From: Desulfobacterales bacterium
GTDB lineage: Bacteria; Desulfobacterota; Desulfobacteria; Desulfobacterales; UBA2174
Direction: 5' to 3'
DNA length: 64,000 bases
Assembly (NCBI GenBank): GCA_963668645.2
Contig: CAXXWC010000019.1
Span: forward strand, 416,001-480,000
Shown here: one piece after another, positions 51,333 through 60,437 of the stretch
Numbering within the stretch: position 1 is the stretch's first letter
Layout: the number at the start of each line of letters is the position of its first letter
The notes under the pieces: model-generated
Databases searched by the model: none
What the model saw: only the letters and a program-made list of their open reading frames with translations
What the model was told of the DNA's origin: nothing
Made by a program: the position numbers and the translations under genes

Positions 51333-53015
51333 TCAGTCGGTAAGCCGGCCGGCCACCGGATCGTAGCCCTGGATCAGCCCCGGCTTGACCTGCACCCGTA
51401 CGCGGATGTTCTTGCCGGAGGTGTAAAAGCCGCGCACCATGTTGAACTGAAGGTTTTCCACCACCTCCACCTCATGGGCTTCGGCGGTTCCGCCCAGCCG
51501 GGCGGCCTTGTCGCGCAGGAGGCGGAAGGCCAACTGGACCGCCTCTTCGCCCGAAAAACGGTTGCCCACCGTCTCGCTGTAGTTTTCCTCCGGGGCGGTG
51601 ACGATTCCCCGCTCGGTATCGGCAAAGAGGGTCACCTCGCAGGTGGTGCGCGCCAGAGCCGCACCGATGGCATTGGCCACTTTCCAGCGCGGAATGACCC
51701 CCACCTTGTAATCGGACAACTCTTCGAGCCGGTTGGCGAAATAAAGAGCCGGGCCGCCCAGGATCAGGATCTTCTTGGGATGGACGGTATGGCCTTCGAG
51801 CATCTCGTACACCGTATAGACCGGCTTGCTGTTGATGCGCCGGATCATGGCCTCCGCCGCGTCGAGCATCATGCGGCAGGTCTGGTCGAAAATCCGTGCG
51901 GCGGCCTCTTCGGGGGCCAGCCCCATCTCGGCGGCCAGGGGGGCGATCCCCGCCTGGGCAGCCTCTCGTCCCGAGGTGCGGATCATGCCCAGAACGAACA
52001 TGGCGTCGGTGGGGGTCGGGGCCGGTCCGCCGTATGCCATGGCCGGACCGGCACGCCGCGGGCCGATCTTGAGTTCACCGTTTTCCAGGCGCACGTGGCT
52101 GTCACCGCCCAGACCGATGGAGTGGGTCTCCAGGGCCCGGATCAGGGTCTTGTAGCCGCCCAATTCGATCCCGGCCGGATCTAAAAGGGGCACCCCGTTG
52201 ACCATGACGGCCATGTCGGTGGTGGTGCCGCCTATGTCGAAGATCAGGGCCTCGTCCTCGTCCGGGGCAAAAGCCAGCGACCCCATGACGCTGGCCGCCG
52301 GCCCGGAAAGGATGGTCTGGGCCGGCGCATCGATGGAGGCCTCGAACCGCATGTTGCCCCCGTCGGCCTTGAGGATGCGGATCGGTACGGCCAGTCCTTT
52401 TTCCTTCAGGGAACGCTGAACGGCGGCAAAAAATTCGCGGTGAATAGGATAGACGGCGGCGTTGAGGTAGGTGGTGGCGATGCGCCGGGGAAAATTCAGG
52501 CTCCCGGCCACCCGATGCCCGAGAAAAATCCGTTCGAAATCGTCGCCCAGGATCCGCTCGATCTCCAGTTCGTGGACCGGATTGCGCACCGAGAACTTGC
52601 CCACCACCCCGACATGGCGGATCCCTTCACGCTTGAACCCGCGGGCGATGGCCTTGATGTCGCGGGGGTTGAGGTTTTCCACGATCCGCCCCCGGTGATC
52701 GATGGCCCCCCCCACGACCTGATAATGGGCGTTGGTGCGGTAAAAGTCCGGGTCGATACCCGGCCCTGCCGAAACGATCATTCCCACCGGGGTAACGCGA
52801 TCCTGAACGATGGCGTTGGTGGTCAGGGTCGTGCTCAGCACGATCCGATCAATGCGGCCCGGTGCGATCCCGGCGGTGATCTGCTCCACGCCTTTGAGCA
52901 CGGTGTGGAACAGGTCTTCAGGGTCGGTGGGCACCTTAACGCTGGCCACCAATCCCTCGGTGCCAAGGAGGATCACATCCGTGTGTGTGCCGCCAACATC
53001 CAGTCCGATGATCAT
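51333..53015 (-). CDS. Hydantoinase/oxoprolinase A-type (actin-like ATPase) protein
   Basis: GLDVGGTHTD, STTLTTN, LSGPAAS, DIGGTTTD, GLGGDS, PTPTDA, ANAIGAA. Confidence 0.9.
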   Translation of the reverse strand: MIIGLDVGGTHTDVILLGTEGLVASVKVPTDPEDLFHTVLKGVEQITAGIAPGRIDRIVLSTTLTTNAIVQDRVTPVGMIVSAGPGIDPDFYRTNAHYQVVGGAIDHRGRIVENLNPRDIKAIARGFKREGIRHVGVVGKFSVRNPVHELEIERILGDDFERIFLGHRVAGSLNFPRRIATTYLNAAVYPIHREFFAAVQRSLKEKGLAVPIRILKADGGNMRFEASIDAPAQTILSGPAASVMGSLAFAPDEDEALIFDIGGTTTDMAVMVNGVPLLDPAGIELGGYKTLIRALETHSIGLGGDSHVRLENGELKIGPRRAGPAMAYGGPAPTPTDAMFVLGMIRTSGREAAQAGIAPLAAEMGLAPEEAAARIFDQTCRMMLDAAEAMIRRINSKPVYTVYEMLEGHTVHPKKILILGGPALYFANRLEELSDYKVGVIPRWKVANAIGAALARTTCEVTLFADTERGIVTAPEENYSETVGNRFSGEEAVQLAFRLLRDKAARLGGTAEAHEVEVVENLQFNMVRGFYTSGKNIRVRVQVKPGLIQGYDPVAGRLTD

Positions 53016-53142
53016 GGTCGCATCCCGCCCGCCCCCTTTTCGATGAATGTCAAAGGTATCGTATGGGAGGATAGGATGTCAATAAACCCCGCTGCGTTTC
53101 TGCGGGCAGGTGTCACCAGGACGCAATCCATGTTCCCTGCCG

Positions 53143-53427
53143 CTACCGCTGCCCGGCCATGGCCGCGGCGGCCATTTCCTGGATGGCCGCCCGCAAACGG
53201 CGGGCGAAGTCACCGCTCACCGGCTGCGCCGGCATCTGGTGGCAAAGGGCCACGGTCTGCTTCAAGGTGGCCAGGCACGCCTGGCAGGGAGCGCACTGTT
53301 TCAAGTGGCCCTCGATCTGCTCGCATTGAATCTCGTCCAGTTCCCGGTCGAGATATTCCGAGAGCCGGGCGAACAGTTCCAGGCAGTGCCGATGATGGGA
53401 ATCAGACGGCGGTTGAGGTTCGGTCAT
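53143..53427 (-). CDS. Soluble zf-HC2 (ZAS) anti-sigma factor
   Basis: 'C...LSEYLD.EL....IEGHLKQCAPC' HxxxCxxC motif; overlaps the sigma gene end; no TM. Confidence 0.88.
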   Translation of the reverse strand: MTEPQPPSDSHHRHCLELFARLSEYLDRELDEIQCEQIEGHLKQCAPCQACLATLKQTVALCHQMPAQPVSGDFARRLRAAIQEMAAAAMAGQR

Positions 53428-54037
53428 GGCGGAAATATTCCTTGAGCTGTTCTCGCACAAAGAGGCGCGCCCGATGGAGCCGGACCTTGACGTTGGTCGG
53501 CGTCAGGTTGAGGATCTGAGCCGCGGCTTCGGTGGAAAAGCCTTCCAAGTCGCGCAGCACCAGCACCAGGCGATACTTTTCGGGCAGCGCCACAATGGCA
53601 TCCTGAATCTTCCCGGCCAGTTCCTGGTCGAGAAGATGGGCCAGCGGTTCGCGCGCCCAGCGAGGGGTTTCACCGCTCACAGCGCTTTCATCGCCCGGCA
53701 AAAAGTCTTCCAGGCTGAGTTCCGGCTCCGGGGCGTATTTCGAACGCCGCCTCCGCTTGATGCAGGTGCTGGCCGCAATCCGGTAGAGCCAGTTCTTGAA
53801 TTGGCTCTCGAATCGAAAATCCTTCAAGTATCGAAATACGTTGAGAAAGGTATCTTGAACCATGTCTTCGGCATCCGCGGCGTGACCGCACATGCGCAGG
53901 CCGAAGTTGAATAGCGCCTGCTGGTAGCGCTGAACCAGCTCGTAGAATTTTTCGGTTTCACCGGCCTGGATCGCCCGGATCAGGGGGCTGTCGCGATCCT
54001 CGATTTGCCTGGGCTTGGTCGTCGGCGACGTGGGCAT
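53402..54037 (-). CDS. ECF sigma factor
   Basis: Region 2 'DAEDMVQDTFL..F..F..WLYRIA', region 4 'LPEKYR.VLVLRD.EG.S...VKVRLHRAR'. Confidence 0.93.
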   Translation of the reverse strand: MPTSPTTKPRQIEDRDSPLIRAIQAGETEKFYELVQRYQQALFNFGLRMCGHAADAEDMVQDTFLNVFRYLKDFRFESQFKNWLYRIAASTCIKRRRRSKYAPEPELSLEDFLPGDESAVSGETPRWAREPLAHLLDQELAGKIQDAIVALPEKYRLVLVLRDLEGFSTEAAAQILNLTPTNVKVRLHRARLFVREQLKEYFRHDRTSTAV

Positions 54038-54193
54038 GCGTTTTCGAACTTGTCACCTGACAAGCGTCGCGCATTCAGGTGGAAACTCCCAACCTGGGCA
54101 GGATCCAAACCTGCAACGCGACCCAGATGCCGATGACTATCAGAAGTAGTAAGGTTTCAGACATGGAGCGGGTCTCCCGTTTTGAATAGTTGA

Positions 54194-54664
54194 TCAGCCG
54201 TTGCTTGTCCACCGCTTTTTCCCGATCAGTGCATAGAAGGCTGCGAGTAAATATCCCATCACCAGGGCCAGGTGCAGCATATCAAGGGACACGATCCACC
54301 CGGCAGGCATGTAAACCCCGGAAAAGTTCTTGATCACCCGCAGCCCTCCGGTGATCACCAGGCCCGCGAGGATAACGGCCCGCAGCCATCCCGAGGCGGT
54401 CAGGCGCCGGGCCTTGCTGCGGTCGAGGAAAAAATCCAAAACCGTGTAGGCCACGATTCCCAGCAGCAGGGCCGCCAGAACGTAGTGCATCAGATGGGTG
54501 AGATAAAACTGGGCCAGCCATCCCAATCCGGGGATGTCGGCGATGTAGTAGCGTTTGAAAATCGGCATCTGGGCAAACCCGGTCAATGCCAGAAGGCCGA
54601 AGGTGAGCCCATAAAGCCGACCCAAGCCCTTGGCCTGGACAGATCTCTTGGTGTTGTTGGCCAT
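54194..54664 (-). CDS. Small 4-TM membrane protein, putative cytochrome b-like partner of the Fe-S protein
   Basis: Four hydrophobic helices with His residues (THLMHY, DMLH); 10 bp downstream of the Fe-S gene. Confidence 0.65.
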   Translation of the reverse strand: MANNTKRSVQAKGLGRLYGLTFGLLALTGFAQMPIFKRYYIADIPGLGWLAQFYLTHLMHYVLAALLLGIVAYTVLDFFLDRSKARRLTASGWLRAVILAGLVITGGLRVIKNFSGVYMPAGWIVSLDMLHLALVMGYLLAAFYALIGKKRWTSNG

Positions 54665-54674
54665 CTTTGGCAAT

Positions 54675-55670
54675 CTACCTTTCCACCGGCGCATTTTGGC
54701 CCTCTTTCGGACCGGCGGTCGACCGTCCGAGATTCGCCCCGCCGCTGCGCATCATCCGGGCCAGGGCCGCCCCCACACCGGCCAGGGGGGCCACGACCAT
54801 CGCCGCAGCCAGCCGGTTGCCCTGTTTCATCTGGTCGGCTACCGGTTCCATGGGCGGCTTCCCCGGCCCGTAGTGGCTGCCGGCATTGATCTCTTCAAAG
54901 GGCACCGGTGAGACGTAGATCGTGTTGGTGCCGCCGTTTTCTTCGGCCCCGTAAAGGTAGCCGCCGATCTCATCGGCGATGGCCCGGGCCTGGGCCAGAA
55001 TCCGGCTGCGCGGCCCGATGGTCTGAACCTCCTCGGGGCAGGCCTCGATGCAAGCGGGCAACTCCCCTTCGGCCAGACGGTCGTAGCATCGGTCGCACTT
55101 GTACATGACTCCGTTTCCGGCCAGGGAAGGGAGCAGATCGAGGTAAAGCCCCACCCCGGTCTGGCGTTGGGGCACATGCCAGGGGCAGACGGCGCCGCAC
55201 TTGTTGCCCCCCAGGCAGATATCGGCATCGATGCGCGAAAGTCCGTTGGGCTCCTGGTAGGCCGCGCCCCAGGGGCAGAGCTTGACGCAGGGCGGATTGA
55301 CACAGTGCATGCAGCGGCGCGGGATGGTCAGCTCGGTCTGCTCGCCGTCGATGGTCACCGTGGCGTGCTGGATGTAGAGCCAGTTGTAAGGCGTCAGCCG
55401 GTCGTTGACGTCTTGGCGCTCGGACCAGTCCGACACCTGGACTCTGGACGGATACATTTTCGGATAGGGTTTTTGTGGCACCGGAAACTTGTGGCCATTG
55501 GCATCATGGCAAGCCTCGACGCAGGCTTCGCACCCGATGCACTTGCGGATATCGATCAGCGTCGCCAGCGGTTCGTCCTCGGCGGCCATCGACGCTTTGG
55601 GGGTTGCTGCCATGGCACAGGCCGCGCCAAGGCTTCCCTTGATGAAACTGCGCCTTGAGATGGATTTCAA
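54675..55670 (-). CDS. Tat-exported multi-Fe-S (DmsB/HybA-like) electron transfer protein
   Basis: SRRSFIK Tat motif; CIGCEACVEAC, CMHCVNPPCVKLC, CLGGNKCGAVC, KCDRC..PAC...C; TTG start with GGGAGA RBS; hydrophobic C-terminal segment. Confidence 0.88.
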   Translation of the reverse strand: MKSISRRSFIKGSLGAACAMAATPKASMAAEDEPLATLIDIRKCIGCEACVEACHDANGHKFPVPQKPYPKMYPSRVQVSDWSERQDVNDRLTPYNWLYIQHATVTIDGEQTELTIPRRCMHCVNPPCVKLCPWGAAYQEPNGLSRIDADICLGGNKCGAVCPWHVPQRQTGVGLYLDLLPSLAGNGVMYKCDRCYDRLAEGELPACIEACPEEVQTIGPRSRILAQARAIADEIGGYLYGAEENGGTNTIYVSPVPFEEINAGSHYGPGKPPMEPVADQMKQGNRLAAAMVVAPLAGVGAALARMMRSGGANLGRSTAGPKEGQNAPVER

Positions 55671-55835
55671 ATTCAGTCTCCCTTTAGCGTCTTTGCCGGC
55701 TGAAAGCGGCGTTTTGCTTCGGCGGCAAGAACCCCGCACATCCGGCCATAAACGTTCATTATCGCATAGAGAGCCTGTAAGGCACTGAAAGTTACACCTG
55801 CCGCTGCCGCAGAAACGCTGGCTTCCGGGTGCAGA

Positions 55836-56657
55836 TCACCCGTGGCTGGCGCTGCTCGGGTCGCCCTGGAGCCTCCGGGGCTTGGCAGCTTGCCGGGCGG
55901 CATGGGCAAAAGCCTGGCGCACCGCCGCCTGCAATTCGCCGGTTTGGGGCAGCGTGGCGGTAATGGCGGCAAGATGGCCCTGGTCGAGCATCAGGGCAAA
56001 GGCGGCGGGCAGATTGAGATCGTAGATCCAGGATGTCTGGAGCAGCTTGAAGTCGTGGCGGTTGCGCACATCGCCAAGGTTGACCATGCGCCCGCGTCGC
56101 AGCCGGTCAAGAACGACCGGCGAATAGCCGGGCCCGTCGGCCAGGTCGAGATCCACGGTGGCGTTGAGGGGCCGCTTTCCGCAGTAGTAGGTGGCAAATA
56201 CACGCCAGATGTCCAGTTTGTCCGCATCGCGCAGCATCCGGGCGAAGCGCATGCGCCGCCGGTCCGGATGATCGGGCAGGGCCAGGGCGTTGTGGTGGGC
56301 AATGGCGAAGGCCAGTTCACGGCGCAGGCGGCTTTCCAGGCCGTCGAGGACCCGCCGGCTCCCCAATTCACGCAGGCCGAGCCGGGCGTGATTGACCGAC
56401 AGGCCGTCGCGAAAAGTGCCGTACTGCCGGTACTGGCGAAAACGCCCCACATCGTGAAGCAGCCCCATCAATTCGGCCAGGGCTCCATCGGAAGCATCCA
56501 TTCCGAGGGAATCGGCCAAACTGGCCATATTGGCCTGAACCTTGAAAGTGTGCTCTATCTTGACTTGCAGGGGGAGGTCCTGCTGCCGGTCCCCGGTGAG
56601 AAAGCCGGCCGTATAGGCGTCGAACCAAGACCGGCAGCGGGCAAGCTGGACCTTCAC
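55836..56657 (-). CDS. HD-domain phosphohydrolase
   Basis: 'KIEHT', 'LLHDVGRF', 'HA', 'HHN', 'RDADKLD'; GTG start with GGAGG RBS. Confidence 0.85.
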   Translation of the reverse strand: MKVQLARCRSWFDAYTAGFLTGDRQQDLPLQVKIEHTFKVQANMASLADSLGMDASDGALAELMGLLHDVGRFRQYRQYGTFRDGLSVNHARLGLRELGSRRVLDGLESRLRRELAFAIAHHNALALPDHPDRRRMRFARMLRDADKLDIWRVFATYYCGKRPLNATVDLDLADGPGYSPVVLDRLRRGRMVNLGDVRNRHDFKLLQTSWIYDLNLPAAFALMLDQGHLAAITATLPQTGELQAAVRQAFAHAARQAAKPRRLQGDPSSASHG

Positions 56658-56673
56658 GTGCCCTCCGGACCGG

Positions 56674-57204
56674 TCAGGAACGGGCCGCCAGCCCCAGGGC
56701 CGGCGGTTGCAGGAAGCGGTCTTCGATAAAATCCGCCAGGGCTTCGACTTCATTGAGTCCGAACACCGGCACCTTGGCCGCGGTGCCGCCGATATCCGTC
56801 ACCAGGGCCACCAGGAAGGGGTCGTCCAGGCAGATGGGCGTGTCGCTGCGCGCGGCGCGGCATACTTCGATCTTGGGCCCGTCCGTCTGCTTGTAGCCTT
56901 CGGTGATAATCAGATCCATACCTGCAAAGTAGCCAGCCAGTTCGTCGAATCCGATCTCCGCCATATCTTTGATCAGCGCGATGCGTCCTCCCCCGGCCAC
57001 CATCACCGCATCGGCGCCGGCGGCCTTGTGCCGGTAGCTGTCCTTGCCCGGCCGGTCCACCTCGATGGCGTGAGGGGTGTGCTTGACGGTGCCGATGCGA
57101 TAGCCGCGGGCCTTCAGCACCGGAATGATCCGCTCGATGAGGGTCGTCTTGCCCGAATTGGATTTGCCGACGACGGATACAATCTGGGGTTTGGGGGACA
57201 TCAC
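56674..57204 (-). CDS. mobB: Molybdopterin-guanine dinucleotide biosynthesis protein B
   Basis: GKSNSGKTTLIE, VKH, D.PGKDS.RH..AGA, ITEGYK, PKIEV. Confidence 0.93.
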   Translation of the reverse strand: MMSPKPQIVSVVGKSNSGKTTLIERIIPVLKARGYRIGTVKHTPHAIEVDRPGKDSYRHKAAGADAVMVAGGGRIALIKDMAEIGFDELAGYFAGMDLIITEGYKQTDGPKIEVCRAARSDTPICLDDPFLVALVTDIGGTAAKVPVFGLNEVEALADFIEDRFLQPPALGLAARS

Positions 57205-57341
57205 GATTTACGTCTCCTCGACAGGCGAATTTGGACCGCATGGGTCATGACGATCAGCCCCCATCTAAGCCCGGGGGGGCCACTTGTCAAGCAAAGGACG
57301 AACGTCCCGATTTATTCGGCACGGCTTGCCTTGGCGGCGAC

Positions 57342-58640
57342 CTACATCATATGGACCAGAAAAAGAGAAAGCGATGGAAAGGCGGTAAACAGGACCAGCC
57401 CTAAAATCAGAGTAAAAACGAATGGTGCGGCTCCTTTTGCAATGGCGGTGAGACTCTCGCCGCTGATTCCCTGGAGGATATAAAGGTTCAGACCCACCGG
57501 GGGCGTGATTAATCCGATTTCACAGGCGAGTGTAATGACGACTGAAAACCATATCGGATCGAATCCCAGTTCAACAACGGTGGGCAGCATCGTCGGAACT
57601 GTCATAACCATCATGGAGACCGGATCCACCAGCATTCCCAGGAGGATATACAAAATATAGAAAATGGAAATGACTATATATCGTGAAACATCCAGACTGA
57701 GAACGAAAGTGGTGAGCATTTCGGGAAGCCTGACGAATTGAACGACAAAGCTGACGATGGAAGCACAAGCGATAATCACCATAATAAAGCTGGTTGTGCA
57801 AACCGTTGAAAGTAGCGCCTTCCATAGAAGCTTCCAGGTCAGATCGCGTTGAATCAGGCACAGCACGAATGCACCGAATGCACCGATCGCACCAGCCTCG
57901 GTGGGTGTCGTCACGCCAAGATAGATGCCGCCAAGAACGGCGAAGATGAGAAGCGCCGGCGGGATCAGCCGGGTCGAATTCTTGAATTTCTCAGTTATGG
58001 TCAATCCCGTCGACTTTGCAATCGGCACGCTCGACTTGTCGAGTCTACCCCAGACATCGACCAGAACAATGAATAGTCCTGCGCAGATGATGCCCGGAAC
58101 GACGCCGGCAATGAAGCAATGACCGATCGATACCCCGGCCAGGTTTCCGTATATAATCATGGTGATACTCGGCGGTATCAGAATCCCGAGAGTCCCACCC
58201 GAGGCGATGGTGCCGTAGGTCAGCGTTCGAGAATATCCTCTTTTGATCATCTCGGGTCCGGCGATGCTTCCCAATGTTGCAGATGTGGCCAGACTGGAGC
58301 CTGACATTGCGGCAAAGATGGCACAAGAAACCGTGGTTGCATGGCAAAGCCCTCCGCGAACATTCCCCATCCATTCCGACAAAGTGCCGTAAAGACTTTC
58401 ATTCATTTTTCCGTAGACAAGAAGCTCACCCATGAGAATAAACAGGGGGACCGGAGTCAGTGGGAACTTGTCAACAGCGGACCAGGTAAGATTTGCCAGC
58501 ATATGGCTGGCGGAGCACGGCAACATGAAACAAAGACCATATAGGCCCGCGATGCCTAAAGCAAAGGCGACCCTCATCCCGATAAGCAACAAAAACAAAA
58601 GTAAAAAAAGCAAGACAAATATGTGAATAGCAGTTCCCAT
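57342..58640 (-). CDS. dctM: TRAP transporter large permease
   Basis: PLFILMG, SGSS.AT, GTLGILIPPS, TPTEAG, ITPPVGLNL. Confidence 0.95.
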   Translation of the reverse strand: MGTAIHIFVLLFLLLFLLLIGMRVAFALGIAGLYGLCFMLPCSASHMLANLTWSAVDKFPLTPVPLFILMGELLVYGKMNESLYGTLSEWMGNVRGGLCHATTVSCAIFAAMSGSSLATSATLGSIAGPEMIKRGYSRTLTYGTIASGGTLGILIPPSITMIIYGNLAGVSIGHCFIAGVVPGIICAGLFIVLVDVWGRLDKSSVPIAKSTGLTITEKFKNSTRLIPPALLIFAVLGGIYLGVTTPTEAGAIGAFGAFVLCLIQRDLTWKLLWKALLSTVCTTSFIMVIIACASIVSFVVQFVRLPEMLTTFVLSLDVSRYIVISIFYILYILLGMLVDPVSMMVMTVPTMLPTVVELGFDPIWFSVVITLACEIGLITPPVGLNLYILQGISGESLTAIAKGAAPFVFTLILGLVLFTAFPSLSLFLVHMM

Positions 58641-58673
58641 TTTAATATCCGTTTTTTAAGATATAGGATTCGA

Positions 58674-59189
58674 TCATTTTGAAATTTCAAATCCGGAATC
58701 ACCGCCTGGCCAGAACCGACGAAGGATTCTTACAGATAGCTGCAAAGAAAACCATGCCAAGCCGGCGGCAAAAAATGCTTGTGGGATATAAAGCGGCGTT
58801 CGCAATAAGGTGGGAGCGATACGGACGCTGGCATACGAGTCAGCCACAAGCTTCATGGCTTGCCATGAAAAAAAGGCTAAAAAGAAGAAGCTTACGATAT
58901 CTAGGCCGGTTTCTATATAGCAGCGAATCTTCGGGTTGAATTTTGTGATGATCGCCTCGACCCGAATATGCCCGTCTAGCACGAGAGTATAGGCGGCTCC
59001 GAGAAAGGTAATCGCAACCAAAAGATAGCAAGAGACTTCGTCTGCCCAAGTTGTCGGTGCATTAAAGACATGGCGCATGATCACATCGATAATAATACTG
59101 ATCATCATCAGAAAAACCAGAGCGCCACTAAAATAACCTATCAGTACGGAAAATTTTTCGATTCTGGCTAAAATCCGTTCCACCCGCAA
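58674..59189 (-). CDS. dctQ: TRAP transporter small permease
   Basis: 4 TM helices, 'DVIMRH.FN.P..W.DE', 'GHIRV'. Confidence 0.92.
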   Translation of the reverse strand: MRVERILARIEKFSVLIGYFSGALVFLMMISIIIDVIMRHVFNAPTTWADEVSCYLLVAITFLGAAYTLVLDGHIRVEAIITKFNPKIRCYIETGLDIVSFFFLAFFSWQAMKLVADSYASVRIAPTLLRTPLYIPQAFFAAGLAWFSLQLSVRILRRFWPGGDSGFEISK

Positions 59190-59274
59190 ACCGTCCTTTT
59201 TGTATCTATTAGCTTGTTAAGTGCTTCCCTTGGCTGAATTTGGTAACTGCTTGCATCAAGTTACATAAGAACGT

Positions 59275-59318
59275 TTTCCCGGATGGGAATTTTGGTGATA
59301 TATCTCGCATCCGGGAAA
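59275..59318. repeat. Inverted repeat between dctP and dctQ (mRNA-stabilising or attenuating hairpin)
   Basis: TTTCCCGGATG (59275-59285) pairs perfectly with CATCCGGGAAA (59308-59318). Confidence 0.65.
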
Positions 59319-59349
59319 GGAGCCCGAAAGCCTAAAACAGGGGCCGAGG

Positions 59350-60402
59350 CTATCTATGAGACCGGTAGTCGGCTAAAAACTGCTCGATATCTTGCAGCAT
59401 TTGGGCCGCTTCGGGACTACCTGCCTTTTGACACTGAGCGATCCATTTTTCACGAACAAATGAGGTCTGCTCCAGGCACTTGTTGTATTCGGCCTCGCTG
59501 GGTTCGACTACTTGGACACCGTTTGCCTTAAGCTTTTTCAGGCTTGCTTCCACTTTTGAAATATTGCACTCGCAATTTTTCTGGCCAGCTTCTTTCAACA
59601 CCTTTTTCACGATCGGTTTTAAATCGTCCGGCAGGCTGTCAAAGGCTTTACCGTTGACGATGAGCATCGCCGCACAAGAGGAACCATGGACAGGCCATTT
59701 ATTGATATATTTGCAGTATTCCCAGAACCCCATGCTGTCGTAAACCACCAGACCGGTTACCAGGCCGTCCACCACTCCGCGCTGCACGGACATAAACGCT
59801 TCGTCCCAAGGGATAGAAACCCCGGCGGCGCCTACGCCTTCAAAAGCCAGAGAATCGTAATAGCCCATCCCTCGCAATTTTTTCCCCTTGAAGTCTTCGA
59901 CCGTACGGATCGGTTTGTTGCAGTAAACATTCACACCACACCAGTGATTGATTCCCATCAAGCGGATATCGAATTTGCTTTTCAAGGATTTTTCCCAATA
60001 GTCCCAGACCACATTGTTCAATACAGCGGGAAATTCATCGTCTGACCTGAGCACGCCGGGGATCGCATGAAAACTACCAATCGGCCACTCGCCGCTGTAA
60101 TAAGGTGTACCGGCCACGGCTCCTTGAATGACGCCGTCGCGGACGCTGTGAAGCACCTCTGGGACCGGAACTAGGTTCAGGGGGACATGCAACTCCAAAC
60201 GGCCGCCGGTGGCTTCGGCCATTCGTTTAGGCAGCCATTTTCCGAAAAGGTCGTTGTCGCACCACTTGCCCAGCGCCATCTGATTCCAGGTCCAGACAAT
60301 TTTCTTTTGTCCCGCTTCTGCTCCTCTCAAGGTAAAAACAAAGGCCAAAACGGCGATAAGGCATACAACGGCGAGATTCCTCAAGAAATGTCGAAAATTC
60401 AT
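59350..60402 (-). CDS. dctP: TRAP transporter substrate-binding protein
   Basis: Signal peptide ending AEA, 'ATGGRL', 'KPIRTVEDFKGKKLR', 'QRGVVDG', 'LPDDLK'. Confidence 0.93.
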   Translation of the reverse strand: MNFRHFLRNLAVVCLIAVLAFVFTLRGAEAGQKKIVWTWNQMALGKWCDNDLFGKWLPKRMAEATGGRLELHVPLNLVPVPEVLHSVRDGVIQGAVAGTPYYSGEWPIGSFHAIPGVLRSDDEFPAVLNNVVWDYWEKSLKSKFDIRLMGINHWCGVNVYCNKPIRTVEDFKGKKLRGMGYYDSLAFEGVGAAGVSIPWDEAFMSVQRGVVDGLVTGLVVYDSMGFWEYCKYINKWPVHGSSCAAMLIVNGKAFDSLPDDLKPIVKKVLKEAGQKNCECNISKVEASLKKLKANGVQVVEPSEAEYNKCLEQTSFVREKWIAQCQKAGSPEAAQMLQDIEQFLADYRSHR

Positions 60403-60437
60403 TCTCTCCTCCTTTACCTGATGGGGTTAAAAATGCT

